DNA of 63,967 nucleotides, filler included, from Octopus bimaculoides (taxonomy: Eukaryota), in assembly GCF_001194135.2 (NCBI RefSeq). It is 8 parts of 7 records of this genome, joined end to end, with 100 filler letters (N's around TTAATTAATTAA, not from the genome) between each part and the next. Parts side by side here need not be neighbours in the genome. Positions count along the whole stretch, not along the records: positions 37,058 to 57,160 come from NC_068996.1; 7 more parts are not named here. One strand, written 5' to 3'. Of this stretch, positions 37,748-51,075 are shown piece after piece (within the stretch, counting starts at the first letter, position 1; each line of letters starts with the position of its first letter). Under the pieces are notes generated by a model. It had not been told where the DNA came from and did not search any database. It saw nothing but the letters and a program-made list of their open reading frames with translations. The translations under genes were made by a program, and so were the position numbers.

Positions 37748-37918
37748 AATATATACATACACATACGTATATATTCATATATTTACTCATATAAGTATAT
37801 ATTTATGCATATGAGAGTATGAGTAATACATACATACATATGTGTATGTATGTGCGTGCGCAAGTGTGTACGTGTATGTATCTATACAAACATATATGCA
37901 TATGTCTCGTTATATGTA

Positions 37919-37952
<34 letters not shown>

Positions 37953-39285
37953 CACACACACACATAGACACATATGCATATAACGAGACAGAAAACGCTT
38001 AATTGATTTTTGAAGATGACCTGCGCCGTTCGTTGTTATTAAAAAAAATTGGGTGTGCGATTCCATGTCGGATGCCTAGCTGTTATTACTATCATAATCA
38101 ACCAAAGAGATGAAGCGAAGAGAATGAAACGTAACTTGTAAGACTATTCTTGAAGGAAATGGATCCAACTGAGAGTTTAATGAATCGAAGTTGTTTTTTG
38201 ATACACTGGTATGGAAACTTTGTAAAAATAAGCTGTTATCAAATGTATTTCTTTTTTCCCCTCTGTAAAAATGTGTTGGTTGGTTAATAATATTAAATTT
38301 TGGTAGTAAGTACACTGCAGTCGATTGGCAACAATCGTTAGCGCTTTCGTTAAATGACTCGTAGAATTTTCGTCACATTTTGCGTTCTAAAATCAAATTC
38401 CACCACAGTTCCCTATTTGATCTCCTTTTTTTTCAGGATCAGAAATAAAACATCAATGAAATATTTAGATGAATTAGTATTATTGTTTCTGTAATTCGCA
38501 ATCGCTAACTGTTAGCTAGGGTACCAGTCTTTGTGTCCAAGTGGAGGACGACTAAACTTGGAATTAATAAACATTTCTCATACAGCACGCTCCAGAAGTC
38601 TGCCAATGAATCCAGAGATCATTGTAAGCATGCGTGTGCATTTAAAATAGACATACATTTATGTGATTAAATCTATGTGATTAGAATATTTACTCACATA
38701 AAGTTAATACATCATATTCCTTTCGCGCAACTAAAAAGCAAAACATAAAATATGAATACTAATAAGACAGTTTTCTCCCATACCACAAAGGGAAACCCAT
38801 CCTCTGAGAGTCTGTGTGTTTGTGTGTATTGTGGAAGGAGGCGTTTGGGGTGTCTTATGGTGTTTGTCTCCCGATCAGAATAAAATTTTGGGTTCAGTTC
38901 CTGTATAGGGTGACATGTTTTAGCTTTGGTCAAGGCATTTTATTTGGCGTTTCTCTTGACTACTTAGCTGTAATGATTAGCAGCCGACAGCTGGTGTAAC
39001 TCTCCTTCCGTCCATATGTCATATCTTGGATTTGCTCCTGAGCCTAAGATGAGAGAAGCAAGAACGTGTCCACGTCTGCTCATGGTTAAGTGAGCACCTA
39101 AAACAATTAGCGAAAAAAATGGTATTTCTAACTGAACCATACATGTTTATCGGGGACGGATAATTCTCACTGTCACTCACTCTCTCACTCACACATTCAC
39201 TCATTCACTCACTCACTCACTTATTCACACGCACACATATACACACTCACTCACTCACTCACTCACTCACTTATTCACACACACA

Positions 39286-39332
<47 letters not shown>

Positions 39333-39551
39333 NNNNNNNNNNNNNNNNNNNNNNNNNNNNNNNNNNNNNNNNNNNNNNNNNNNNNNNNNNNNNNNNNNNN
39401 NNNNNNNNNNNNNNNNNNNNNNNNNNNNNNNNNNNNNNNNNNNNNNNNNNNNNNNNNNNNNNNNNNNNNNNNNNNNNNNNNNNNNNNNNNNNNNNNNNNN
39501 NNNNNNNNNNNNNNNNNNNNNNNNNNNNNNNTGCATATTTATGTAAGTATG

Positions 39552-39587
<36 letters not shown>

Positions 39588-39649
39588 TGTATATGTATGT
39601 ATATATGTATATATGTAAGTATGTATGTATATATGTATGTATACATATA

Positions 39650-40060
39650 TAGGAGTGGGTGTGTGGTAAGTAGCTTGCTAACGAACCACATGGTTCCGGG
39701 TTCAGTCCCACTGCGTGGCATCTTGGGCAAGTGTCTTCTACTATAGCCTTGGGCCGACCAAAGCCTTGTGAGTGGATTTGGTAAACGGAAACTGAAAGAA
39801 ACCCGTCTTATATATGTATATACATATGTGTGTGTGCGTGTGTGTGTGTCTGTGTTTGTCCCCCCACCATCGCTTGACAACCATTGCTGTTGTGTTTACG
39901 TCCCCGTAACTTAGTGGTTCGGCAAAAGCTACCGATAGAATAAGTACTAGGCTTACAAAGAATAAGTCCTGGGGTCGATTTGCTCGATTAAAGGTGGTGC
40001 TCCAGCATGGCCACAGTCAAATGACTGAAACAAGTAAAAGAGTAAAAGAGTGAAAGAGAG
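39650..40060 (+). mobile_element. Full-length SINE family B with internal (TA)/(TG) tract
   Basis: Head ggagtgggtgtgtggtaag...gggttcagtccc (B-box-like), body ccttgggcaagtgtc, tail gtaaaagagtaaaagagt. Confidence 0.9.
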
Positions 40061-40999
40061 AGAGAGTATAATACATAAAAACTGATGAATCACTTAACAC
40101 ATGGAAACATTTTACAGAACATCTGAGACTGAGTTTTACCAGGAGAGTTTGCTCAAGAGCCAGCTAGTATTCAACCATCGTGTTTGGTTATCTGACTTTC
40201 CTGGTCTGTCCTTGTTCACTTAAATGAAAGGGAAAAGGATGTTGCGGCAGGCGGACAGTGATACTATTAAAGTAAAGGGCTTAGATTTACATGCTGCAGC
40301 AAGCGGGATAAGCACTGAAAATCAAATCATACCCTGTATTACTTTAGAGTAGTTGTATAACTTATAAGTTGCGAAGAAATATTTTGTTAACTAGAACAAA
40401 GATCATGCAGAGTACTCAGTGGTGTCCATGTATCCTTTAGTTGACATCCTAGGATTAGCTGTCCTAGATACAAGGTCGGGTTTTTAATCTCTGTCACATT
40501 TGTGTTGGTCATGGAACCTCAAATGTAACATAACATCAACAAATTTGGTTACTCTTATGTAGGTAAGGTCTACTACTGTTCTATTCAAACTCTGAGCGCC
40601 CTCTGCGGTAACCAATGCAAGGAACAGATGTCGCTGCATATACTATGCCCATGTCTTTCACCAATGTGGCCCGGCATCCTGCCAACAAAAGTTCGAACAG
40701 ATGATCGTATAAATAATTAGCTGGTATCGCTTTGTTATCATTAATACAACTTGACCTATGCTGTTCAACTAGGAATCATCTTGAATTTGTCTCAAAACAT
40801 TTCTCTCTCTCTACCTTTAAGCATCTGATAAAAAGTACATGTCCTACGTGCCAATGAAACTTTAAGTCATACGGGGCTGAGAAAACTGTTATTAAATATA
40901 TGCGTGCGTGAGTGTGTGTATGTGTGTGTGTGTTTGCCAATGTGTCTGCGTGCGTGTGCGCCTGTATGTGTATGCACACTCACACATATAGATAACTAG

Positions 41000-41053
41000 C
41001 GAGACAGATAGACAGACAGACAGACTGATAGATAGATGGATGAATAGATAAAG

Positions 41054-41090
<37 letters not shown>

Positions 41091-41231
41091 CAGAGAGATA
41101 AAGAGATAGATAAATAGATAGATAGATACAGAGAGATAAAGAGATAGATAAATAGATAGATAGATACAGAGAGATAAAGAGATAGATAGATAGATAGATA
41201 GATAGATACAGAGAGATAAAGAGATAGATAA

Positions 41232-41275
<44 letters not shown>

Positions 41276-41278
41276 TCC
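41000..41278. repeat. (GATA)n array with recurring gatacagagagataaaga interruptions
   Basis: Directly visible. Confidence 0.95.
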
Positions 41279-41539
41279 AAGGAAAATGGGGTGACCTGCG
41301 TCAGCATGACTTTGCATTATTTGGAAAAAGTTACAGAAATCGTAAAGAAAAATCGTTGTGAGAAGAGGAGAAGAGGACAGAAGGCTTCTTCAAAGTTAAA
41401 AGGGAAAAGCAGGAAGGGAAAGACAGTAAAGTTAAAATATGTAGAGAGGAAGAAGAAGGGGTCGATAGATGTAGAACAAAAAAGAATAATAAAGGAGGAA
41501 GAGAATCCAACGAGATTGAGCTGGGGGAAAAAATTAATG

Positions 41540-42115
41540 TACGAGGGCGGGCAGAAAAGTTCAGGGGCTGACTTTGAAAGAGTAATGCAAGAGTTAATTA
41601 ATTTCAATATTTCATATTAATAACTGCATTGTTTCATCCTAGAGACGAAGAGACAATCCATGCAATGTAAACACCCCCTCTTCACCTGATCCATAGAAGG
41701 CAATATCGTTTTATCTGCAGTGTAGGTGATGACGTCAGTTTTGGGGGGATGCAAAAGACATTGTGTTTTTTGACTATCTTCAAAATGGCTACACCATCAA
41801 TAGAGAGTATTATGCCATTTTGAGGCAGTTACGAAAGGCTATCAGGATCAAACACCCAGGAAAATTGACGAAAGAAGTCTTGTTTCATCATGGACATGCT
41901 CCAGCGCAGAAGTCCTTGGTTTCAAACGCGTGTGTGAGTGTGACTTTGAATTGTTTGATCACCTTCCCTATTCTCTTGATTTCCCAACAAAAAAGGGAAA
42001 AAAATAACATTTGGCTGGGAACAATTATCAAAGTCATATCTTGTTCCTTAGTGAAAAGTACACCACAAAGTTTACAGATGCAGTATACACAGTTCGAAGA
42101 TTTACTACAGAAATT
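41540..42115 (+). mobile_element. Deleted mariner element (left TIR plus catalytic-domain fragment)
   Basis: TA-cgagggcgggcagaaaagttc TIR; DYLQNGYTINREYYAILRQLRKAIRIKHPGKLTKEVLFHHGHAPAQKS (~HQDNAPAH). Confidence 0.9.
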
Positions 42116-42189
42116 TTAGGTGATGCGGTAACGTGACGGTGGTGGCAGATATTGTACCGTCTAGTTTGTATATGACTGGTCGCTATGGA

Positions 42190-42525
42190 GTTTCTGATGG
42201 CACGCCGTCGGTTACGATTACGTATGTTCCAGTTGATCCAATCAACTAGAACAATCCGCTCATGAAATTAACATGCAAATGGTCGAGTACTCCACAGACA
42301 TAGAACCCTTAAAGTAGTCCTCCGTGATATTCAGCGTGGAAGAGAATGTGACAAAGCTGGCCCTTTGAAATACAGATACAACTTATTTTTGCCAGCTGGG
42401 TGAACTGGAGTAATGTGAAATAAAGTGCCTTGCTCAAGAACACAATGTGCTGTCAGAAATCGAACTCATGACCTTACTATCGTGAACCGAATATCCCGAC
42501 CACCAAGCCACGCGTCTTCACTATG
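42190..42525 (-). mobile_element. SINE family C, near complete
   Basis: ccagttgatccaatcaac...ttgctcaagaacacaa...gaaatcgaactc. Confidence 0.75.
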
Positions 42526-42559
42526 TATGACGGCAATGTTCTAACTAGAAGATTGCCGT

Positions 42560-42995
42560 GATTCGGTAATTGGAAGTGAGAAGTGTTGATGCATGAAAGG
42601 TCAGAGCAGTGATGGATTCAGAGAATACGATTTCAAAATGCGGATGAATGTGCGTTTCAATGGATAAATGGACGAGTAAAGGGGGTATAGAATCCGTTGG
42701 GTTGGGCACAGAGAGAAAGTAGAAGAAAGCTAGCTCCGGTCAATGGTCTGTTCATGGTGGAGTCCTGAACCTACATCTCATTAAGGGTACCCTTGATTCG
42801 GGGTGAAACATTTGGATTCGAAATCTGAATTAATGCCGCAGAAGTGAGTGTCGGGAGATTTGTAGTGGAGAGAAGGCAGGTGAATTAGTAGATGCCGTTG
42901 ATAATGAGGGAGATGTCGAGAAAACTAAGGGCGGTGTAGGATACAGCAGATTTAAGTATCAATGCAGGGTAAAATGCTAATGCGTTAGTCTGAAT
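42560..42995 (-). mobile_element. Degenerate Penelope-like RT fragment
   Basis: Minus strand FYPALILKSAVSYTALSFLDISL...LHYKSPDTH, homologous to 62149-62462. Confidence 0.7.
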
Positions 42996-43039
42996 TACTT
43001 CGTATAGAAGATTTGGGTTGGCTTTCCTAGCCCTCTGGT

Positions 43040-43225
43040 GAATATATACCCTTCACCAGGACGGCATTCCGATCCGTTGCAGTATTGCTCATTTTTACCA
43101 GCTGAGTGGACTGGAGCAACGTGAAATGAAGCGTTTTGCTCAAGAACACAACACACAACCTGGTCCAGGAACTGAAACCAAAATCTCAAGATCATGAGTC
43201 TACCACCCCTAATCACTAAGCTTTA
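43040..43225 (-). mobile_element. SINE family C head
   Basis: ccagctgagtggactggagcaacgtgaaatgaagcgttttgctcaagaacacaac. Confidence 0.75.
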
Positions 43226-43693
43226 GGCCTCCACGTAAACAGTTAATAAACGACATAAATTCATGACACTCTAGTCTGATGAGGTTGGAGGTACCAACAT
43301 GGCCGTCAATGTAATGACAGTGCATATCTAGAGTAGGCCCAGAGAAATGCTCAACGATATGATTACATTTTGACATAAAACCAGTGGCACAACAGAAGTT
43401 GAGGCGACCATAAACCAGCTGTACTTCTAACAAGAACAAGGGTTTCCTCTCTTACAGTGGTTCAGATGCTAATTAACACATAGCTGGGAGCCTGACATGT
43501 GTTACTACTTCAAGTCAGAGTAGACCTGAGACGAATAATGTCTAAGAGGTAATTCCACACTCCTTAAAATTTTGGAGCTCCTGAACCAGGACATCACACT
43601 ACCGGATGCAGTTTAAAGTCATACCCAGAGCATATATTTACACACACACACATACACACATACATATGTATGCACAAAGTAAATCACCGTCCC

Positions 43694-43750
<57 letters not shown>

Positions 43751-43900
43751 TAACAAAACTGTCCGACGAGCGGGAATGTGAAACTGAGTAACAGTTTTTG
43801 CAATATTTCTGCTGCTTTTTAATAAAGCATATGACTCTACCTCTGGTATTTGAGTACTATTTTTTTCCACCTTGTTTCGCATTTATGTGCTTACTTCGGA
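43751..43900 (+). mobile_element. Penelope-type terminal-repeat mini-element in (TA)n
   Basis: Hammerhead fold, then AATAAA and ctctacctctggtatttgagtact; reverse-complement homolog at 48631-48747. Confidence 0.7.
43755..43798 (+). ncRNA. Minimal type I hammerhead ribozyme fold (U4-to-C core substitution)
   Basis: AAAACTGT / CCGACGA / GC-gggaat-GT / GAA / AC-tga-GT / A / ACAGTTTT: 8-bp stem I, core CUGANGA with one change, GAAA, GUA cleavage triplet. Confidence 0.65.
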
Positions 43901-44214
43901 ATATATATATATATATATATACATACATATATATATATATGCACACCCACCCACATTGACACATGTATGCTTGTGTGTGTGTGTTTATGTGAGTACGTGT
44001 CAATGCTTGTAAGGGTTTAGACGTGGATCGGCTTCTCTATTGACAGACTACAAACATTATAAACACGAACTTCTTAAGGTATTAATTTTGTTCAGAGAAA
44101 ATTGTAATGTTTCCCTGATGTACTTAAACCACGATTACTCTCTTTAACCAGTAGAGATCACACATAACTATTGGACTCCCGTAGGGGATGTTGCATGTAT
44201 GTTTCGTCTTTTAT

Positions 44215-44400
44215 ATCATTACGAGGAAGATCAGTTAATTATGATTTTATTCAATATATTCCCCTCTCAGATTCACACACTTATTGCAGCGGACGTTCAG
44301 ATTTTTTAAGTCCTAAAAGAGAACTTGGACGGTTGGGCCTCCCTCCTTGTCATTCACGAAACCATTAAAGTCAGGAACTTTTCATCACACACTCGTATTT
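44215..44400 (-). mobile_element. Mariner-derived MITE (same family as 50702-50911)
   Basis: caggaacttttcatcacacactcgta TIR; internal tcccctctcagattca...ttattgcagcggac. Confidence 0.7.
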
Positions 44401-45093
44401 TTCGAACGAACCCCTTTAATTTAAGATCTGAAAGCGTTCCCCGTTAGCTCGCGCAGTACATGACGCGGTATGGCTATTCTTTCGAACACTTTTCATCTAG
44501 CGGTTTGTGGTAGTTATGTTCGCACCAAGCAGCACCAAGCAGCACCAAGCTGGTATTTGTATTGGACGCGTGGAGGCATACCTATACTATGTCATACAAT
44601 GACAGGCTTTTCGCGATACACTTAAAGCCAGGAATTTTTAACCCACCTCCGCGTAAATAAATATATATATGTATATACATATATATATNNNNNNNNNNNN
44701 NNNNNNNNNNNNNNNNNNNNNNNNNNNNNNNNNNNNNNNNNNNNNNNNNNNNNNNNNNNNNNNNNNNNNNNNNNNNNNNNNNNNNNNNNNNNNNNNNNNN
44801 NNNNNNNNNNNNNNNNNNNNNNNNNNNNNNNNNNNNNNNNNNNNNNNNNNNNNNNNNNNNNNNNNNNNNNNNNNNNNNNNNNNNNNNNNNNNNNNNNNNN
44901 NNNNNNNNNNNNNNNNNNNNNNNNNNNNNNNNNNNNNNNNNNNNNNNNNNNNNNNNNNNNNNNNNNNNNNNNNNNNNNNNNNNNNNNNNNNNNNNNNNNN
45001 NNNNNNNNNNNNNNNNNNNNNNNNNNNNNNNNNNNNNNNNNNNNNNNNNNNNNNNNNNNNNNNNNNNNNNNNNNNNNNNNNNNNNNNNNNNNN

Positions 45094-45142
<49 letters not shown>

Positions 45143-45322
45143 GTATATACATATCTATATATGTATATATGTATGTATATATATATATATGTATATACAT
45201 ATATATATTATGTATGCATATATATCTATTATATAGTCATGTATGTATACATATATATATACACACATATATATATATATAATGCATACATACACACATA
45301 TATTTATTGGTGTGCGAGTGTG

Positions 45323-45357
<35 letters not shown>

Positions 45358-45484
45358 ATGTGTATATATACATATGTGTGTGTGTGTGTATACATAGAGA
45401 CAGCTATATGAAAATTTGAAATATACACAGTATATTTGTGTTGTTTATGTGTGTGTGAGTGTATGTGTGTCTGTGTGTGTGTGT

Positions 45485-45525
<41 letters not shown>

Positions 45526-45884
45526 GGGATTAGTGATAGGGTTCAACAATATCGAATGTAATTATTTTACTAAGATATATGATTGTATCCAATACAAATG
45601 GACGCTTGAAAATGAAATGAAACCACACAAGCAGTCACACACAAACACACAAACACACACACACGCTCGTGTGTGTGTGTGTGTTTGTGTGTGACTGCAT
45701 ACATACATATATACACATATATATTTATACGTGCATATCTGCATGTTTTAATCGGTTAACATATATATGCATGTACGGTTGTATTTCATTATTATTATCA
45801 TTTGTTTCTGTGTCTTTGCTTTTAACATTCCATATGTTGTTTATATGGATGTTTGTATGTGTTAGCTTTTATAGGCCTCCCACT

Positions 45885-45930
<46 letters not shown>

Positions 45931-46059
45931 CCTCCTCTCTTGTCCTCTCTTCCTCTTCTCTCTATCTGCATTTGAACATCGTGTCTAATTTCTCAAAAAA
46001 TTACAGTGTTTATACAAACATATAATGAAGCATTTAAATAACGCTTGGATGTGAGGGAC

Positions 46060-46096
<37 letters not shown>

Positions 46097-46202
46097 NNNN
46101 NNNNNNNNNNNNNNNNNNNNNNNNNNNNNNNNNNNNNNNNNNNNNNNNNNNNNNNNNNNNNNNNNNNNNNNNNNNNNNNNNNNNNNNNNNNNNNNNNNNN
46201 NN

Positions 46203-46250
<48 letters not shown>

Positions 46251-46263
46251 TTGCAAGATTTTT

Positions 46264-46296
<33 letters not shown>

Positions 46297-46992
46297 GTAC
46301 GTATATATATATATATGTATGTATGAACGTAAGTATGTATAATATATGTTGCACAAACTACGAGCAACAATTATAAAAGCACAGAAACAAAAAGGAAACA
46401 ACCAACACAACCAAATAAATAAATTAAATAAATGAATAAATAGTTCCCCAAAAATTAGAAAAAAAACCCCCAAAGCAAATGTAAGTATCTCGATGAAATG
46501 CATACTTGTGCGTTCTTCGCAAATTTGGTTATACTACATTGCGAAGAATCAAATGTAATTCATTAATTATTTGCCCGTATTTCTGGTGTATTCTTACCAT
46601 GTTTAAGCAGTGAAATTGGAGTCGTTAAACATATTCTCCTCTTTTTCTAATTGTTTAAGTTACGCTACAAGTTCATTTTAAAGACGCCATATTTGTGTAA
46701 AACTTTCCAGTGCGGATTTGGTTTTTTATTTGTGTGTGTTACATTTTTGCTTTTCTTTTTGTCTTTTAATTTTTTTTCCCCCTCTTCTTTGCAGTACTTC
46801 ACAAACGCCGATATTATTGAATAGGAAATGTGATATCTGTTAATACAAGTGCATTTCGGATCTCAGATTAGAAATTTAAAATGAAAGGAGAGGAAAAAAG
46901 AAGGGGAAAATTTAAGACTTAATCGCGCTTTCGTCATTTCACACTTCGCATGTAATACTGTACATATAGATAAAATTGCGGGTGCGCTTGTA

Positions 46993-47056
<64 letters not shown>

Positions 47057-47187
47057 CACATATATATATATACACACACACATGTATCTATATCAATTTC
47101 AATCTCTATTTCTCTTTCATTTCTTTCTCTCTGTCGGTATCTGTCTATCTATCTATCTATACATACATACATACATATATATATATT

Positions 47188-47254
<67 letters not shown>

Positions 47255-47630
47255 AAATATGCAGACACACACACATATATATACGCATAAATAAAGAGGG
47301 AGAGAGAAAGAAAGTGAGCCAGAGAGAAAAAGAAAATGAGGAGTGACATATATGTGAACGGCATAAACATTATATAAATACCCAACAATCGAACACACAA
47401 ATTCATTAGCATACACTCTCACACACATGCACACAGACGCACATACACATATACATATTTGTGTGTGCAGGAGTGTTTCTGTATGCATCGTGTATTTTCA
47501 TATACGCCTATGAAAATCTATAACTATATACATATACGTAGGCACGTATACACCCATGCGTATAGAAGCGAGTAATTCGCTTCTGTACGATTACATATAT
47601 ATACATGCATACATGTGTGGGTGTATGTGT

Positions 47631-47670
<40 letters not shown>

Positions 47671-48081
47671 TGTGTGTGTGTGTGTGGTGTTTGTGTGCGT
47701 GTGTGTTTGTGTGTACGTGTATATATGTCAAGAAGGCTCTTCGAAGAATAATACAAATATNNNNNNNNNNNNNNNNNNNNNNNNNNNNNNNNNNNNNNNN
47801 NNNNNNNNNNNNNNNNNNNNNNNNNNNNNNNNNNNNNNNNNNNNNNNNNNNNNNNNNNNNNNNNNNNNNNNNNNNNNNNNNNNNNNNNNNNNNNNNNNNN
47901 NNNNNNNNNNNNNNNNNNNNNNNNNNNNNNNNNNNNNNNNNNNNNNNNNNNNNNNNNNNNNNNNNNNNNNNNNNNNNNNNNNNNNNNNNNNNNNNNNNNN
48001 NNNNNNNNNNNNNNNNNNNNNNNNNNNNNNNNNNNNNNNNNNNNNNNNNNNNNNNNNNNNNNNNNNNNNNNNNNNNNNNNN

Positions 48082-48141
<60 letters not shown>

Positions 48142-48561
48142 TATATATGAACACACACATATGTAATTGTCTATGAATTTATATATATTTGAGTGCATTT
48201 TTGTGGAAAATGGTGCGTACATACCAATATTGTGGGTGTTTTAAGTTTGCGATAAATTTCTTCGATTGTTCCAAATATCGTTATCTTGGAAGTTTATACA
48301 GCATAATAGAGAAAAAGAGACGACCATATGTGCCTGTTTAAAGTGCTCGATCTATTCTTTCTTTACATTTTCTGTAGAAAAATGATTTCTCATTTCCACT
48401 ATTAGCTAAGAACTCTTTTCCAGGGTTAAATTTTGCTATATTACCTAAATGCATAACACACCCACACGCACACATATATGGGTGTGTGTGCGTGTGTGTG
48501 TGTGTGTGTGTTTGTGTGTGTGTGTACTCATATGCTCATATATATGTATACGTTTTAAAGC

Positions 48562-48621
<60 letters not shown>

Positions 48622-48630
48622 CAGATCAGG

Positions 48631-48747
48631 CACATACATGTGAAACAAGTTCGGGAAAAATAGTACTCGATTATCGGAGGTAGAGTAATATGTTTTGTAA
48701 ATAAAGCGGCAAAATCATCACAAAAATTGTTACTCAGAGTTTCACAT
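48631..48747 (-). mobile_element. Second copy of the Penelope-type mini-element, hammerhead truncated
   Basis: Minus strand gtgaaactctgagtaacaatttt keeps GAAA and stem III but has lost CUGANGA; abuts (TA)n. Confidence 0.75.
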
Positions 48748-48879
48748 ATAAATATATATGCACACACATGCATATAAAAAGATGCACATGCACACATACA
48801 TATGTATAAATGCACATTCACACCTAATACGCAAATGATATAGTGATAAATAATGGGTTTTATATATTCATGTGTGCAA

Positions 48880-49020
48880 TATAGACCCACAGTTGATTCA
48901 GAAATTGGTCGGCCCGAGACTATCGTAGACAACACTTGCTCAAAGTGCCACGCAGTGAGATTGAATCCGGAACCATGTGGTTGGGAAGCAAGCTTCTTAC
49001 CACACAACCATGCCTGCAAT
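48880..49020 (-). mobile_element. SINE family B head
   Basis: gacaacacttgctcaaagtgccacgcagtgagattgaatccggaaccatgtgg. Confidence 0.8.
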
Positions 49021-50035
49021 GTATATGAATATATAAATATATAATATACACATACATATATATGTACGCATATACATATAATGTATATATGTTTACACAC
49101 ACACAAGCAATGCCCCCCCCCCAACATATATATAATACATTAAAAGTCTGCTGAAATCTTTCTTGCTTGCTTGCAATATTACCCAGCCAAACTGGCACAT
49201 AATAGGGAAATACGATGAATTAAGTTACCTACTGAAATATAAATACCGACGGAATAAAACAAATTTCGCGTAAATCGGACAAGCTGTTGTGGAGATATTA
49301 AGGGTTGTCTGCGTATAAATCCTCAAAACGGTGCATAATGGGAAAATTCTCCGAAATTAACTTAATCCTGAAGAGGAAGAAACTCTTATCTTACCTTACA
49401 GTGACTTGACAACAAAAAACTACAGTTTGCTTTTTTACAGTAAATGTTTCTATTGTCGCTCTTGTTAAACACAATATTATAAACATTTAGAAATATTTTT
49501 AAGCGAGTGTGATTTCAAAACTGTATTTATATTTTAGCTTTCTCTAAACAGACAATATTTTAATGTTTTTTTTTAATCATTTTGAAGTGAAAAGCATTGC
49601 AATAATTTTTTCTGACATATTTTAAAAATATTTTAAAGTGAAAATGACTTTAAAAGTACAGTAAATATTTTGTAAAAGACCCGTTCGGAACCTCGGTGTG
49701 AAATAATTTTTTCCATAATGTTTTTTTCAACGTATCTCACTTGCAATGATTTGGCTGCTATTTTATAACACACCCTGATACCACGTAACATCAATTTGCG
49801 ATAAAGGAACTGAAATACCTGTTACGTGGCAGCAGGTAGTGCAAGAATTAGCAAACAAATCCATTCTTTTCTCCGGAGAGGAGCCGTTAAAGAGTGATTT
49901 CGATGTCACATTCGTTGAAAATATGTGAAATAACCTGGAATAGAAAAAACCCACGAAGCAAAATTCCGTTGATGGGAAACTCAGACTTTCCTGGTGACCC
50001 AACGGGTTACGGATAGACTAGTATATATATATATG

Positions 50036-50079
<44 letters not shown>

Positions 50080-50204
50080 ATATACTAAGACCACACATAC
50101 ACACATGCACAAACATACACAAACACACGCACACATATATATGTATATATGTATGCATGTTTCTGTGTGAATGTCCATGTATGTGTGTGTGTATTATATA
50201 GTAT

Positions 50205-50690
50205 GATGTTGGGAAGTCGATGAACCTCCATGCTGGTGATGAGTCTTGCTTAGCATAGCTGTCTCATTCAGCAGAATTGTTTCAGTACTGAATTGACTTC
50301 CCAATATCATTCTGTATGGAGAACTCTCATCTGGTCATCATTGACAGAAGAACACCAAAGGGGAGGTACAAGGGGCCTTTTAAAGAAATCCTATGTGTTT
50401 TTCTCACGCTGATCACCACCAGTGGTCTGTCCTTGCTGCTGAGCGTGAAGCCTAGCATCACACTGTCAACCGAGAAAAATCCTCTTTTGAAGACATCCGC
50501 ATGATCATCTTTGCAGACAAGAGAAAAAGGAAGAAAAACAAGGACACTACAAGCAACGTTGATCATCCCACCCTCAAATGCAACCTCTCCTGTTGTGAAT
50601 TCTTGTCCCCAATCGGCCTCATCGGGTATCAGCAACCTGCAGTGATCGCGCACTCCCCCTCTGTAAATATTTAATCTCGAAGCCAAGCTA
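50205..50690 (+). mobile_element. RTE/BovB-type LINE 3' end, degenerate
   Basis: LPNIILYGELSSGH...HHQWSVLAAEREA*HHTVN...SPIGLIGYQQ, matching RLPKxxLYGEL and C-terminal CxxC...GLxSH. Confidence 0.85.
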
Positions 50691-50701
50691 TGATAATTCA
50701 T

Positions 50702-50911
50702 ACACGAGTGGGATGCAGAAAAGTTCCTGGCCTTAAGGGTGTCGTGAAACGCCCAACATTTCGAGTTCTTTCACAAGGCTTAGAAAAACTGAAGGACCAC
50801 TGCAATAATATTTTGAATCTGAGAGGGGAATACGTTGGCTAAAATCATAAATAACTGATTCTTCTATATATTCTTTTATCAAAAGCCAGGAACTTTTCAA
50901 CACCACTCGTA
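50702..50911 (+). mobile_element. Mariner-derived MITE with both TIRs
   Basis: cgagtgggatgcagaaaagttcctggcc ... agccaggaacttttcaacaccactcg-TA; carries the transposase tail LNLRGEYVG*. Confidence 0.85.
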
Positions 50912-51033
50912 TTATACATGCAAAACGATAAGAACGTATAGACACGTAGATAAATATATGCAAATATACATAACACCTTCAAAAGAGAACTACTAAGAAA
51001 CCTTGTATACTCTCTGCATGTCTACCCCTTTCC

Positions 51034-51075
<42 letters not shown>

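Noticed and set aside
38615-38630. gagatcattgt, resembling bantam miRNA
   Set aside because: Only about 11 nt match and no complementary arm forming a precursor.
44522-44551. Three copies of gcaccaagca
   Set aside because: Short slippage repeat with no further structure.
50327-50701. 124-aa minus-strand ORF with protein-like composition
   Set aside because: Antisense shadow of the RTE LINE 3' end on the + strand.
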